64,000 nucleotides of DNA, taken from NCBI RefSeq assembly GCF_000143415.4, contig NW_003314317.1, forward strand, positions 664,296 through 728,295. Direction: 5' to 3'. Source of the stretch: Selaginella moellendorffii (lineage: Eukaryota > Plantae > Lycopodiophyta). Below are positions 1-11,804 of this stretch, in pieces. The first letter of the stretch is position 1; every line of letters begins with the position of its first letter. The position numbers and the translations under genes were made by a program. The notes below the pieces were generated by a model. The model worked only from the letters and a program-made list of their open reading frames with translations, was not told where the DNA came from and did not search any database.

Positions 1-3000
1 CAAGAAGTCACAAAACTTGTGATTATCCTTGACAATGCCATTCAATTCACAATATTGCTTGAAGTGACATATACCTTGGTGGAGATGTCACCATTATCAT
101 AGAAGTATGCCAAGTTAGTGCTTTGTTGTGGCATATGTATAGGAAGAGCCATGGGCAGTAAACTCCCTAACTCGGCATTTATGATGAACAATGAATCCTC
201 CTCTTTGGAAAGATATTCAAATGAGCTGGGTTGCAAGTTGAGTTAATTGTGTTCTAGACAAGATTGTTTAGTACAGGTTGAGCTTTGATTTTTTCCTAAA
301 AAGTGATTTAGTTGTGGACAATGTTAACTCTACAAGAGGAAGAGTTGGTGATCAATATTGGAGTGTTTGAATCTCCAATAACATAAAGTTACAACCCAAG
401 CATCAACACTATTTACATTGAGATTAATGAAACTCAATATCAATCCCATGGAAAGACATTTCATCCCACTTGAATCTCAACAATAATAATGTCAACGGCA
501 AGACATCACTTCAATGCCATCAACACCAGAACAAAACTAAAAGAAAGCAAGAGTGAATCACCACCAAAAACTTTTTAACAACCAAGCTAACCAAAGTCAA
601 AGATACCTTGGTTAGTATCTGAGACCAACCTTTAACAAACTCAGTTACAGATAACACATCATCAAGGAGTGATTCACCATATCCAAGACTCAATGAAATC
701 TAACACTACAGACTAAACACAACCAAAATGACATTGACAAAGGAATTGATTTGTTCACATGGAAACCATGTAAGTCTAATGACACGATCCTCCGCAACAC
801 CATCTGGTAAAGTAAGTCTATCATTGCTAAATCATCATCGAGCGAAGTGTCAATAGTCTTTGATGAAATCTACAAGCAATCATTAGTTGCAAAGCAACTA
901 GCAATCACTCTTCAATTTGCCTTTCACAAGACCTAAACACTAAACTTACGTTATCAAGTCATATACTTGTCCAATATAAACGTAATACCAGGTATGAGAT
1001 AAAGGTTTATGGACAAGCATAAACTAAATAACCACTCAAATCTAACTCTACCACAATAAGCTCACCAACACGTTTAGTCAATAGCTCTAAGCATGCCTTG
1101 AAGAGGCTAGTTATGCATGATCAACACTTAGTCAAAATTAAAGTGAAGACTATGAGATGGACTCATATTGGTACACAACCTCCTCATAAACAAAACTATA
1201 GTATGGGTACCAACATCTCAACCTCAAACAACTAAGTTGGCCATCACCATCCTCAACTAAGGCGCAAAGCTACCAAGACCAAGTCAAGATCAGTGAAAGT
1301 TCACTACTCTTATAGAGTTTAATGAAATGCAAAGTGCAAGTTGCTACTAAGCAAAATACTATAAAAGAAAGGCATAAGGGCTACCTTTCTAGAAAAGTGC
1401 AACGGCCACTTTTCTACACCAACTCCAGACTTTATCCAACTCAATTGCTTTTAACCTCAAAAGTCAGCATCCCTTTTGAGCTGCATTATACAAACTACTT
1501 ACTAAGATCTAAGCTAACTAAAATCAATTCCAACCCTTTCACTAGTTTATACTGGCTTAAGAAAACTGAAAGGTTTTCAAGCAAAATAATCAACAAATCA
1601 GCCATTGGAAAAGTCAGAGAAAATTTGTGGAAATTTTCCATCCTAGAGAAATAATGACTCTCAGTCTAGGAATGCAAACTTTCAAGACTCAATCAACTTC
1701 ATCCTATTTACAACTTCACATAGGTTCACCTCAACACAAATTTTCATGACCCAGCAGTATGTTAAGCATCGAACATCTTTGCTCATTTTCCAACATCCAA
1801 CACCAACATCCACAAAATGCAAATTGAATATCTAAGGCTTGATCACGAAGACCACATCTTCAGATATCTACATTGCACTAACACTCTTCTTCAACCACTT
1901 TCAAGATCTAACATGAAGCCAAAACATTAATAAGAAAAATGACATATCAAGGTCTAAGGAAAATCCCTCATCACTCAAAATAACAATACTAGTTCCACTA
2001 ACACAAGTTCTAGTGATGTTAATGCCTCAATTACACATCTTCTCCATCCAACAATCTACTCTAAGTGCTAATGGATTAATTGACAAGCTATAACAAATGA
2101 ATGCTACAACTTTTTCCAACACCTTATAGGCAAACTTAAGGAAACAACGTACTAACTCAAGCTTAGCATAATGAATCACCATTGAGAACTTAGTCAAAGC
2201 TACTTAAATGCTACTATATAAAGTAGACTAGCTTCATTATCACCCACTTTGGGGTTGATCATCGTTTAACTAAGCAACTTCGTAAATACATTACTCACTA
2301 TCATATGGATATGATAAAAAAATCACAATAACTTGATCATCAATCGAGCAACACTATGAGTAATGCCTATGTCACTACTACAAGGTTTATATGAGTATCA
2401 AGTGCTAACTCAATTTGATAAAATGCAACATAAATGCCACACCCCACTGATAAAGATTTACAACACTCAACACCATTAATTTTTGTTCACAACACAGACA
2501 AGCTCATGCCACTTTCTTTCTGACCAAACTCAAAATTAATCCAACACTAAGCTACTCAATGAGCAATAGCAAGGTTCCCTGGAAAAGATTTAAGCATTGT
2601 AACCCAAGTCTTTCAATGGCAAGCCTAAACAAAATAATTTAGCGCTTCATCGCTATCCATCCCATGACTCACCATTTGTAAGATCATCACTTCCAATATG
2701 CATCAAAGTAGGGACTCTTGATTGCATGATGTGAATATGAGCAATGAGTTAACACCTCGTTGCAAATCATCTCTCCAAGAAGAGAAAATGATTTACGTGT
2801 TTGATCCTTTGTCCCTGATAATTTTCTTTTCAATCCCATCTTTGACTAAACCTTAAGCTTGTGTTTGCACTACATTCAGTCCAATCTAAGAAAAGTTTAT
2901 GAGAGAGCATGGCAATGATTACTTAAACCAATGGACTAATCTCTATAATCTTGATTGGTTCACTTATAATCATGCCTAAGAAGGATCCACTAGTGCCGTG

Positions 3001-3401
3001 CTAAACAGCTATAGACTAGCCTATTTGCCACTCATAGCAAACCCAAGGGAGGTTTACTTTCACCTGGGGTACAAGGAACAACTCATGGAACCATTAATGG
3101 GCTAACATTAATTCTGCCAACTCAAAGCATAACCTTGAGTTGCTAATGTGCCACACTCCCAAGCCCAAGTGCAAACTTGTGCTAATATGCCTCACTCAGT
3201 CCATCTTATGAGCCCAAGAGCAAGCTCACATAATACAGTACAAAAAAGTAACCAAAATCCATACCCAAGGAATAAATAAGAAGCTTTTGCACCCAAACAT
3301 GTAGCCACTCGGATCATCATTTTTATCTCTACGTATGCAACAAGATTAGTGGCCCAATTTCATTGGATAGTACTTGCTGAGACTCACTCTTTGATACCAA
3401 A
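1..3401 (-). mobile_element. Decayed internal region of a large non-coding LTR element (family H)
   Basis: Alignable by eye to 18900-19683/27187-27563 (same strand) and to 31490-33336/46125-47450 (opposite strand). Ends in the reverse complement of a tRNA-Met PBS (ctctttgatacca, 3387-3399). No credible ORF. Confidence 0.75.
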
Positions 3402-4412
3402 TGTAGCACACGTGGTTTTTACCCTTTATCCTATGGTGATTTACTATAGGATAACCATGAAGCGGAACCTAACCCACCATGTGCCACATGACATATGCCA
3501 CATATCCAAAGGACAATGGTGTGGAACCCAAGTTTCAGGGCTTGGGGCCATAAACGAAGGAACGGTGCCAAACTCCTAAGCATAGAGCCAAGGAGCAATG
3601 GCATTGGGACACGGAATAATTCCTGAGTATAAAGCCTAAGGAGCAAAGGGACAAGAGCATAGAACGGCTTGGAATAGTCCTAGAGCATTCAGCATCTTAA
3701 TGCCAAAATGAGCACGCAAAACGGAGTTAAATGGAGTTAAACGGAGTTTAGCACTATTTCAGCATACCGATAACCTAATGCGAGGATATGGGTACTCCAC
3801 CAACTAATATGGTATGGAACTNNNNNNNNNNNNNNNNNNNNNNNNNNNNNNNNNNNNNNNNNNNNNNNNNNNNNNNNNNNNNNNNNNNNNNNNNNNNNNN
3901 NNNNNNNNNNNNNNNNNNNNNCCGCACTCATTGGATACTATTTAGACATGGGACGAACACTATTGTGTTCAAGACAATCTCTACATTTTGTAGATATGCC
4001 AAATGAGTAAATTTAGACACTTTCCATAAATAGCATTTAGGATTGGAATGAGACTAACACAAAGGGCATGATAGCAAGGGTGTTTAGCAGACACGGTAAA
4101 TTATTATTCAATGATATTAAGAGACCAAGCTTAATATTGCGGGGGTTCCCAACACTAGCAAGTGTAAGTTAACATCATGAGTTTCTCATCACCGTATCAA
4201 GTTTTCTTGACTAAATGACAATTTAGGATTTCCTTCCTTAGTGCCCTTCCGGTCCAAGTGCACATGTGCTAACCAATTTCTCAACTAGCTTAGGTGGAGA
4301 CTGATAAAGGATCTAACAATGCCAACCTCTTGCCATCATAGCAGTAAGAAAAGAATGTCCATAAGGACTAGTTGACAAGTAACTTTCGATACTCAAAGTC
4401 ACATTCGTGACA
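3402..4412 (-). repeat. LTR of family H (5' LTR, contains N gap 3822-3921)
   Basis: TGTAGC...GTGACA termini, adjacent PBS, and homology to 10716-11804, 27564-28167 and 56529-57195. Confidence 0.75.
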
Positions 4413-6445
4413 AATTGCTCAACTATAACCATATAGCATCAAGTAATTGCACTAACTGTTACTTCAAAGTAAAAAAAGGAGGAGGTTGTTACTTTGTCAT
4501 AAAGATGAACAAAAAAGAAAAAGTAAAAGAGAAGAAATTAAAAAAGGTACAAAGAAAGTGAAATCTAAATGATGCAAAAACTAAATCTAAACCAAAAGCA
4601 CAAATCCAAACATTTCTCATGGATAATCAAAGATGCCCCTCACATCCATCAATGTGAGTGCATGGAATATAGAACTGCAATATAAATATGAAATATATAA
4701 ATTAGAAATATTAATTTATATACAGGAGTAAATGGTCCAGACTGAAACCAATCCAACAGCTATCAAAATCCCACTATGCTAATATTAACATATGACATTG
4801 TAGTTGTACACTTGGACTTTACAGTGTGAAATTTATATTAAAAGTTAATTTTTAAACTTTTAAAATATTTGATCTCTTCAACATTTTTAATTAGTATAAG
4901 GAGTAATAATTTAATGGCAAAATATATATTTAAAAAATATAATGCCATAAAAGCTTAGGCTTGACATTTTTATGATTGTATAAGTTAGTTAAACTTGAAA
5001 TATTCTTAGAAAAATACTAAGATCCTCCTATAAGTACTATAATTATTGCTACACTTTAAATTCCTTATTCATAAAAACTAAAACCATCTTGTTTTGTTTA
5101 TAAACAATTGTTCTTGATAGGTTTATGTATCCATTTAATTTATAATAACAGCAAAGAGAAAAATATAGTAATTTCATCCTATCCACAAATTTATGCTTAA
5201 ATATGTAATCATTTAACTTTAGAACATTATGGTTTTCAAAATCTTCCAGATATCTATTTTTATTTATTTAATTGTTTTAAATAAGCCAACTGAGGATTCA
5301 ATGTTTATATTGATGACCTTTTAGCTCATGGATATATAGATTTCTATATATATATAAGTGGAAATACACTTGAGAAGAGGAAATCTTTCTGATATATAAT
5401 TATTTTTTGCATGTAATCTAATGGTTTACACTCACCATATAACTATAGCTCAAAACTTGTGATTTTTCATGAATATAATAAAAATTGTAACTAAATAATC
5501 TATTATTCTTTTATATACTAACTCCTTTAGCAGAGTTAGGATCCCAGCTAGTAGATAGAACTAAATAAGTTAAATATATTTTTGAAGGTATATTCTAGAA
5601 TATTTGAGTTTGTAAAGCATTCTCCAAAAATCATATTATATCAAATGAAATTATTTGTAAATAGTAAGTGACTTGAAAGATGATCTATAAAATAGAAGGA
5701 AAGAGCTTATAAATAAAAGTGCACTCTTTTTTTATAATCAGTTAAAAGTTTTTGGGTTCTTTAGATTTTTGATACCACATTTAACCTAATACTACTTAAC
5801 GGTTTTGGGTTTCAAATTTAGATAGCATGCTTACGAAAAAACACATATTAAATGCTCTAAATTTGAAATAACACATACTCCATGCTTGCTTAACAAGTTT
5901 CAAGGGGGTATTTAGAACCATGCGTTACATTTAGCTTTGAGCACTAATGAGGATGTTACTTGAAAATTAGAGCTATAGCAGTATAATTTGGAGTGGCTAA
6001 AGAATTCACATAGCCTCATTATAGTAATAAGCCCACCAAACGTTCTCCTTGACTTGTTATAGTAGTAGGCTTGCCAAATGTTCTCCTTTGCGCTCATTTC
6101 TTGAAGCATATGATGTGGTGTGGGATCTGATAGGAACATTTTCTTTACTCACTAATATGCCACAACTAAATAGCCATGGAACATGTCTAAATCCACCACT
6201 AGGTTCTGCAAGAGATTTGCCACTCAATATGGCATTTTTTTCATGTCATATAACCTTTTTGGTCATGACATTAAAACCAATGCCAAAAATTATTCAGAAG
6301 AGTCAAAGAATATGAAACTTCCAGAACTTCAAAAAAGTACTAAACGACCGATGGCACTCACGTCAGGGAGCCGTATCCCACACTGACACACAAATCTCCA
6401 TGACTTCTATTGTCTTGCTTGACAAGGTTAATTGACTTGGTGAAG

Positions 6446-9400
6446 ATGGAAATGGCGCAAGAACTGCTGGACGGACCGCTGCACAAGATCAAAGAAACCA
6501 GTAAGTATGATTTCCTCTTCAACACCCATCAGTGCCAGTACCTGCAAAGCCGATGCTCCGTGGTCGAAGAATACGTGCGGCTTTGGCAGAGCTGCTCTGA
6601 ACTTGAGCAACTTCCCCTGGCCATGGAAGAGCTCCGTTGTATGCTAAGCAGAGCCTTGCAGCTTCTCAAGCAGTGCCAGCACGAGGAATGGCTGTACCAT
6701 GCTGCAGTCCGGCTCACTGATTCCAGAGCCTTTGCGGAGATCTGCCTGAGTCTGAGTAGATTGACGGCCTTGGTCAATGCTCACGTGATGCATTGTGCCA
6801 CGGATATTGGGAGCCCGGATGTGCAGTACCTCATGGCCATGCCTTACAAGCGCAAGCACATAGAGAACCTGCGTTCAGCGATGGAGGACCTGAGTCCCTG
6901 CGCATCAAGAGATAGAAAGGAGCTCTTCATGAGAGCAAATTCCATCACAGAAACTGACAACAGGTATGTTCTGGCACAGTACCTTGTTAAAAAGCTGATG
7001 TCAAGCAGAGGAGGAGCCGTTGCCACCATTCAGGCCCTCGAACTGAAAACTTTGATAGGTGCGGGTGCATTTGGTTCTGTGTACAAAGCTGAATGGGTAG
7101 GGGCACCAGTTGCTGTGAAAGAGTTTAGAAGCGGTGATGCTTCAGTTGACAAGGAGGTGAACATCCTGAAAGAACTTATTTTAGAACCGCACCCGAGCGT
7201 GCTCCAGATGATAGGATACTATCAGAAGGATGAGAAGGCTTACCTTGTCATGGAGCTGATGGAAAGGGACCTGACCAGTGTTATAAGGAAGGCTGAAGGC
7301 TCGCTGCAACTTTTAACTTCTGTAGACATTATGCTCCAGATCGCAAGCGGCATGAGCTACCTCCATCAAAGGAATGTGGTTCATCGAGACCTCAAGCCTT
7401 CGAATGTCCTCGTTAAGACATTAAAGAACCATGCCTGCATCACCTGTTTCGACGTGAGGTTAACAGACTTCGGAGTCTCAAAGTCGAACTTTATAAGCTT
7501 TGCACCGGACTTGTCTTACCAGAGGGGGACGATCCAATACATGGCTCCAGAGATGCTGAGGGGCCAGAAGTACTCCAGAGAGGTTGACGCATACAGCTTC
7601 GGAATTACTTGCTTCCAGATCTTGACTGGAACGCTGCCATTTCAGGACGATGGCAAGCAGCTGGTGGCAGATAAACTGGTCGAGACGATCGAAGATGGAA
7701 ATAGGCCTGACCTTCCAACAGGCTGTCCACTGGAGCTGGTTGCTCTCCTCAACAGGTGCTGGAACAGGAATCCGAAAGATAGACCAACCTTCGAACATAT
7801 ATCCAGGATGCTGTGGTCGCTAAAAGAAAGGTTGCTTGGTGGCCACAACCTCGAATCCAGCTTCACAGGCAGTGAGATGTCCAGTTGCAACGCTGCGGAA
7901 GAGCTCACACTCGCTGCAGGAGATATGATCTGCCAGATTTCAGTTGCTGCTCCGTTCACAAATTTTCATCAGTGCTACTTCTTGCAGTCGCGGTGCAAGC
8001 AGATTTCCAGCTACCGCGAATTTCCGAATAAGCTGCACCTTCGTTCATGGTTTGCCGTTCAGATAAAGCTGGTGACTACCTTGAGAACTGCGTTGTCGCT
8101 GATAGAATCTTACAGTGAAGAGAGGTGGCTGCATACGGCGGTGCTGAAAGAGCATAACCCGAGGGCATTCAGAAAAGCTCTTGATGATATCAACAGATGT
8201 GAAACCACACTGAGAGCCATAAACCCTGGTAACCACAGCAATAACATAATGACGTTCCCTGCTGTTCCTGAGCAATATGTGGAAGATGATAAAAAGAGAC
8301 TGGCAGAAAGCATTAAAGGCTTACTCGATGCATCGGACGGGGCGACAGTTAAGTTGGCAAAATATTTTGTTCAAAAGTCAGCTGCTGATTCGATTTTTCC
8401 GTGCATCAGTCCAGAGGAAATCGTACTGCTCGATTTGGTAGGAATGTCAAACCATGGGACGATGTTTAGAGGAAGATGGCTGGACGTACCTGTGATGGTG
8501 AAAGCCCTTGGAACAGGAAATGAAGCTGAAAAGCTCCTGAAGGAGCTTGACAAAGGGCACGCAGAACTTAGAAACAGGCCCCATCCAAATGTAACGCAAG
8601 TTATCGGCTACACAAGGCACGGGGAAGACCTGTTTGTGGTGACCGAGCAGGTCTCTGGAGGCCACTTCCGAGTGACAAAGTTCCCTCTTGTATTGACCAT
8701 CGAGATCCTGCTTCAAGTTGCTCAAGGCGTGGCCTACTTGCACCAGCATAACTGCGAGCTCTCGGACTTGAATACGCTGCTGGTGGAATTTGAGAAAGGC
8801 CACTTCGACGAATTCACCGGTGGCATCACTGTCAAAGTTTCAGCTCGATCCAACTTCAGAAAACAAGATGGACAAAATAGCTTGAGTACCTTGGCTGGAA
8901 GGCTGAAGTATCCGTTCCACTTCCCCCATGCACCAGCGGCGGACTTCAGGAAGACCGATGCGTACAACTTTGGTATAGCCTGCGTAGAAATGATCACCGG
9001 GCAAACCATCGGGGAAGAAATACTGCTCTCTGGAAAACTACCGCAACTCCCTCACGATTGCACGGGAATCAAGGCTGTGATAGAGAAATGCCTGAGTTCG
9101 CAGCCTCCTGACTTCCATCAAATCGTGGAACTCCTGCAATCAGCTCAACTTAGAATGGAGTTTCCACCTACAAGCGACATAGACTACCGACGGATGCTTC
9201 TGGACTCCAGCGCTCAAATTGAACTCAAGCTCGACATAACGGGAGACGCAGTAATTGGTGGCAAGCTCATTGCTGTTGGAAACGTAGAAAATGTGGGTAA
9301 CAGGCTCTACCAGTGGATCCGTCAGCACAAAGATGGAACTATAGAGCGGTTGCGGCCATTTCTCGTGACGGAGTTGGACTCTGGGACACTGGAGTATGAT

Positions 9401-9874
9401 CTAACAGCCGACGACTTCAACAAGGCGATCTCACTCACTTACGTGGATATGAACGAAAAGATCGAAGTTTCCGGCAGAGAAACCACGAACAGTCGATGGG
9501 TTTCCTATAGTGACACTATGAAGCGGGCGCTAAAGATGATATGGGGTGCTGGCGAGGCCAAGTTCAGGGTTTTGCAGCTAAGGGAAGAAGAAGGGAGCAA
9601 GAAGAGCTACCTGGTGATTAGAAGGCCACATTGCATGCTGGAGTGGAAGCGCTACTACTTGAAAAAGATGGAGATCAAGATCGCGTTCACCTCCCCGGTG
9701 GCCGGCATCAAAATATCCAAGGAGAATCCACAAATTTGCCAGCTGATCGATAACGGTGGCGCGGAGGCCTGCAAGATCCGATTCAAGAATGCGTTTGAGA
9801 GAGATTTGGCAGTGCTTACCTTCCGGCATTTCTTGCACAGTGCCTGTGAGAAGGGGAAGTGCTCGCGACGATGA
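6446..9874 (+). CDS. Intronless tandem kinase protein: helical (MLKL/MCAfunc/DUF1221-like) domain - active TKL-type kinase - second helical repeat - pseudokinase - C-terminal AIR9/A9-like Ig plus PH-like domain
   Basis: 1154-aa ORF with first in-frame ATG at 6446. Kinase 1 has GAGAFG, VAVK, HRDLKPSN, DFG and GTIQYMAPE. Kinase 2 lacks HRD and DFG. Internal repeat THQCQYLQSRC/FHQCYFLQSRC. C-terminal motifs ITGDAVIGGKL, YQWIRQHKDGT, EYDLTADD and ERDLAVLTFRHF. Confidence 0.88.
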   Translation: MEMAQELLDGPLHKIKETSKYDFLFNTHQCQYLQSRCSVVEEYVRLWQSCSELEQLPLAMEELRCMLSRALQLLKQCQHEEWLYHAAVRLTDSRAFAEICLSLSRLTALVNAHVMHCATDIGSPDVQYLMAMPYKRKHIENLRSAMEDLSPCASRDRKELFMRANSITETDNRYVLAQYLVKKLMSSRGGAVATIQALELKTLIGAGAFGSVYKAEWVGAPVAVKEFRSGDASVDKEVNILKELILEPHPSVLQMIGYYQKDEKAYLVMELMERDLTSVIRKAEGSLQLLTSVDIMLQIASGMSYLHQRNVVHRDLKPSNVLVKTLKNHACITCFDVRLTDFGVSKSNFISFAPDLSYQRGTIQYMAPEMLRGQKYSREVDAYSFGITCFQILTGTLPFQDDGKQLVADKLVETIEDGNRPDLPTGCPLELVALLNRCWNRNPKDRPTFEHISRMLWSLKERLLGGHNLESSFTGSEMSSCNAAEELTLAAGDMICQISVAAPFTNFHQCYFLQSRCKQISSYREFPNKLHLRSWFAVQIKLVTTLRTALSLIESYSEERWLHTAVLKEHNPRAFRKALDDINRCETTLRAINPGNHSNNIMTFPAVPEQYVEDDKKRLAESIKGLLDASDGATVKLAKYFVQKSAADSIFPCISPEEIVLLDLVGMSNHGTMFRGRWLDVPVMVKALGTGNEAEKLLKELDKGHAELRNRPHPNVTQVIGYTRHGEDLFVVTEQVSGGHFRVTKFPLVLTIEILLQVAQGVAYLHQHNCELSDLNTLLVEFEKGHFDEFTGGITVKVSARSNFRKQDGQNSLSTLAGRLKYPFHFPHAPAADFRKTDAYNFGIACVEMITGQTIGEEILLSGKLPQLPHDCTGIKAVIEKCLSSQPPDFHQIVELLQSAQLRMEFPPTSDIDYRRMLLDSSAQIELKLDITGDAVIGGKLIAVGNVENVGNRLYQWIRQHKDGTIERLRPFLVTELDSGTLEYDLTADDFNKAISLTYVDMNEKIEVSGRETTNSRWVSYSDTMKRALKMIWGAGEAKFRVLQLREEEGSKKSYLVIRRPHCMLEWKRYYLKKMEIKIAFTSPVAGIKISKENPQICQLIDNGGAEACKIRFKNAFERDLAVLTFRHFLHSACEKGKCSRR

Positions 9875-10715
9875 TGACACCCAAAATGCTGTGAGTCAAC
9901 GGCACATAGCTGAAACCATTGGTGATTTCTTAGTAACAATGAAGAACCCCATATTTACATAAGGGAAACGACTGCAAAGTTTAGAACTTGCAACCTTTAG
10001 TAACGCAGGTGGAAGGTGTAGTGTCACGAGCTTCTTAGTCTCAGGATGGGTAGTTCTAAAAATTATTTTCTTCGTTATGGGCAGCAGAAGACCTGAAATG
10101 ATGGATGCATCAGTTTGGACCTAGCAAATAAGTCTTCTTTGGTTTGAATGGGGTGAAGCAGAAATATTATAATTAGTTTCCTTTCTAAGGGTGGGAGTTA
10201 CTTTTGACCACATTTTTAAGGGGCCTAGCAATGTGAGGTGGTGCAAATAACTTTTCTGAAGGAAGTGGAGGAGAAGAAAATTTAATTTGGCACTGAAGTT
10301 ATTAGAGCTAAAAAGACAAGTGGTGGAACTTATAAGAATATTCTTGGAATTGAAGAATTATTATTGCAATTGGGAGTGAAATAAGTAATTTATGATAGCA
10401 AGGGGAGGTACATCAACTAAGAGGGGAGGTGTATCTAAAGTGGGCAACCTTTATGCAAGCTTGCAAAATATATAAAAATAAAACACATGTATGCTAAAAT
10501 TGTTGTAATACACATGAATGACTTGCAAAAAAATATTTTGAACACAACTATTTTTTTATGTATAGGCATGCATTAGTGCCTACTATATATGCATAACAAA
10601 ATCTAGATCAGTGCCATATATATGATTTTTGACACTATATAAATTTTATATGTAAATTTTCACTCTATATCAAATTTTTAATATATCAGTAGAGTTTAAA
10701 TTTTGGGTTAAAGCA

Positions 10716-11804
10716 TGTAGTGCACAAATTTTTCACCCTCTACTCTATAGTGATTTACTATAAGATAATCATGGAGTGGAACCATAACTCTTGGATATGT
10801 GGCCAAGGGTAGCAAAGTAGAACTTGAGTGTTAAGGCTTTGAGTGACTAAATAAAGGGACAAAATTAAATTCCCAAACATACAGTCAATGAGTGAAGGAA
10901 TTAGAGCATAGGATAATTCATGAATGTACAACCTAAGGAGCAAAAGGACAAGAGTACAGAGTGATATTGGAATAATTCAAAAATATTTAATATCCCAATA
11001 ATAGGACCAACATGCAAAACAAAGCCAAATAGTGTCTAACATTATTTTAGTAAATTAATGGCCTACCATAAAAATATAAATACTCTACTACATAACATAG
11101 TATGGAACTTAGGCTTAAACCCAAGCTAGATATAAAACAAAAACAAATATATAAATGAGGGGCTTAGGTTGGTCAATTATGCTCAACTTACCTACTATCT
11201 CTACTATACATTTGAAACCCCCTACATCTTCGCCCTCTATAGAGGAACACACACTTTGGGCTTTCACCCTAGTCCAAGAAGTTAATCTCTAAAACAATCA
11301 TGAAAACTTATTAAATATAGAATGTATTAAATTGAAAATTTGGATGCAAAAACAACACCATTGTATTTAGGATAATTTCTACATTCTGTAAATATGCCTA
11401 ACTAATAAATCTAAACACCTTCCATAAATAGTAAATAAGACTAAATAGGACTAATATATAAGACATAATAAAGAGGGTGTTTTGGAAGACATAATAAGTT
11501 ATCATCTAACAAGTATTAAGGGACCAAACTCAATATCACTGGGGTTCCCAACACTAGCAAATGTAAACTAATGAATGAGTTTCTCTAACCAATTTAAATA
11601 TGTTTGACTAATAACACTTAGGAATGGTGTCTTTATGCTCCTTTGGCCAAGTGCACACATGAAAACTAATTTTTCAACTAATTCAGGAAAAAATAATAAA
11701 ATGTTTAGCAATATCAATCTTCTATCATCATAGCAATAAAGAAAAAATATCTAAAAAAACTCACCAACAGATAACTTTCAATATCTATAATCACATTTGA
11801 GACA
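10716..11804 (-). repeat. LTR of family H (3' LTR)
   Basis: TGTAGT...GAGACA termini, flanked by a polypurine tract on the minus strand, homologous to 3402-4412. Confidence 0.7.

Noticed and set aside
3822-3921. ORFs spanning the N run
   Set aside because: Assembly gap artefact.
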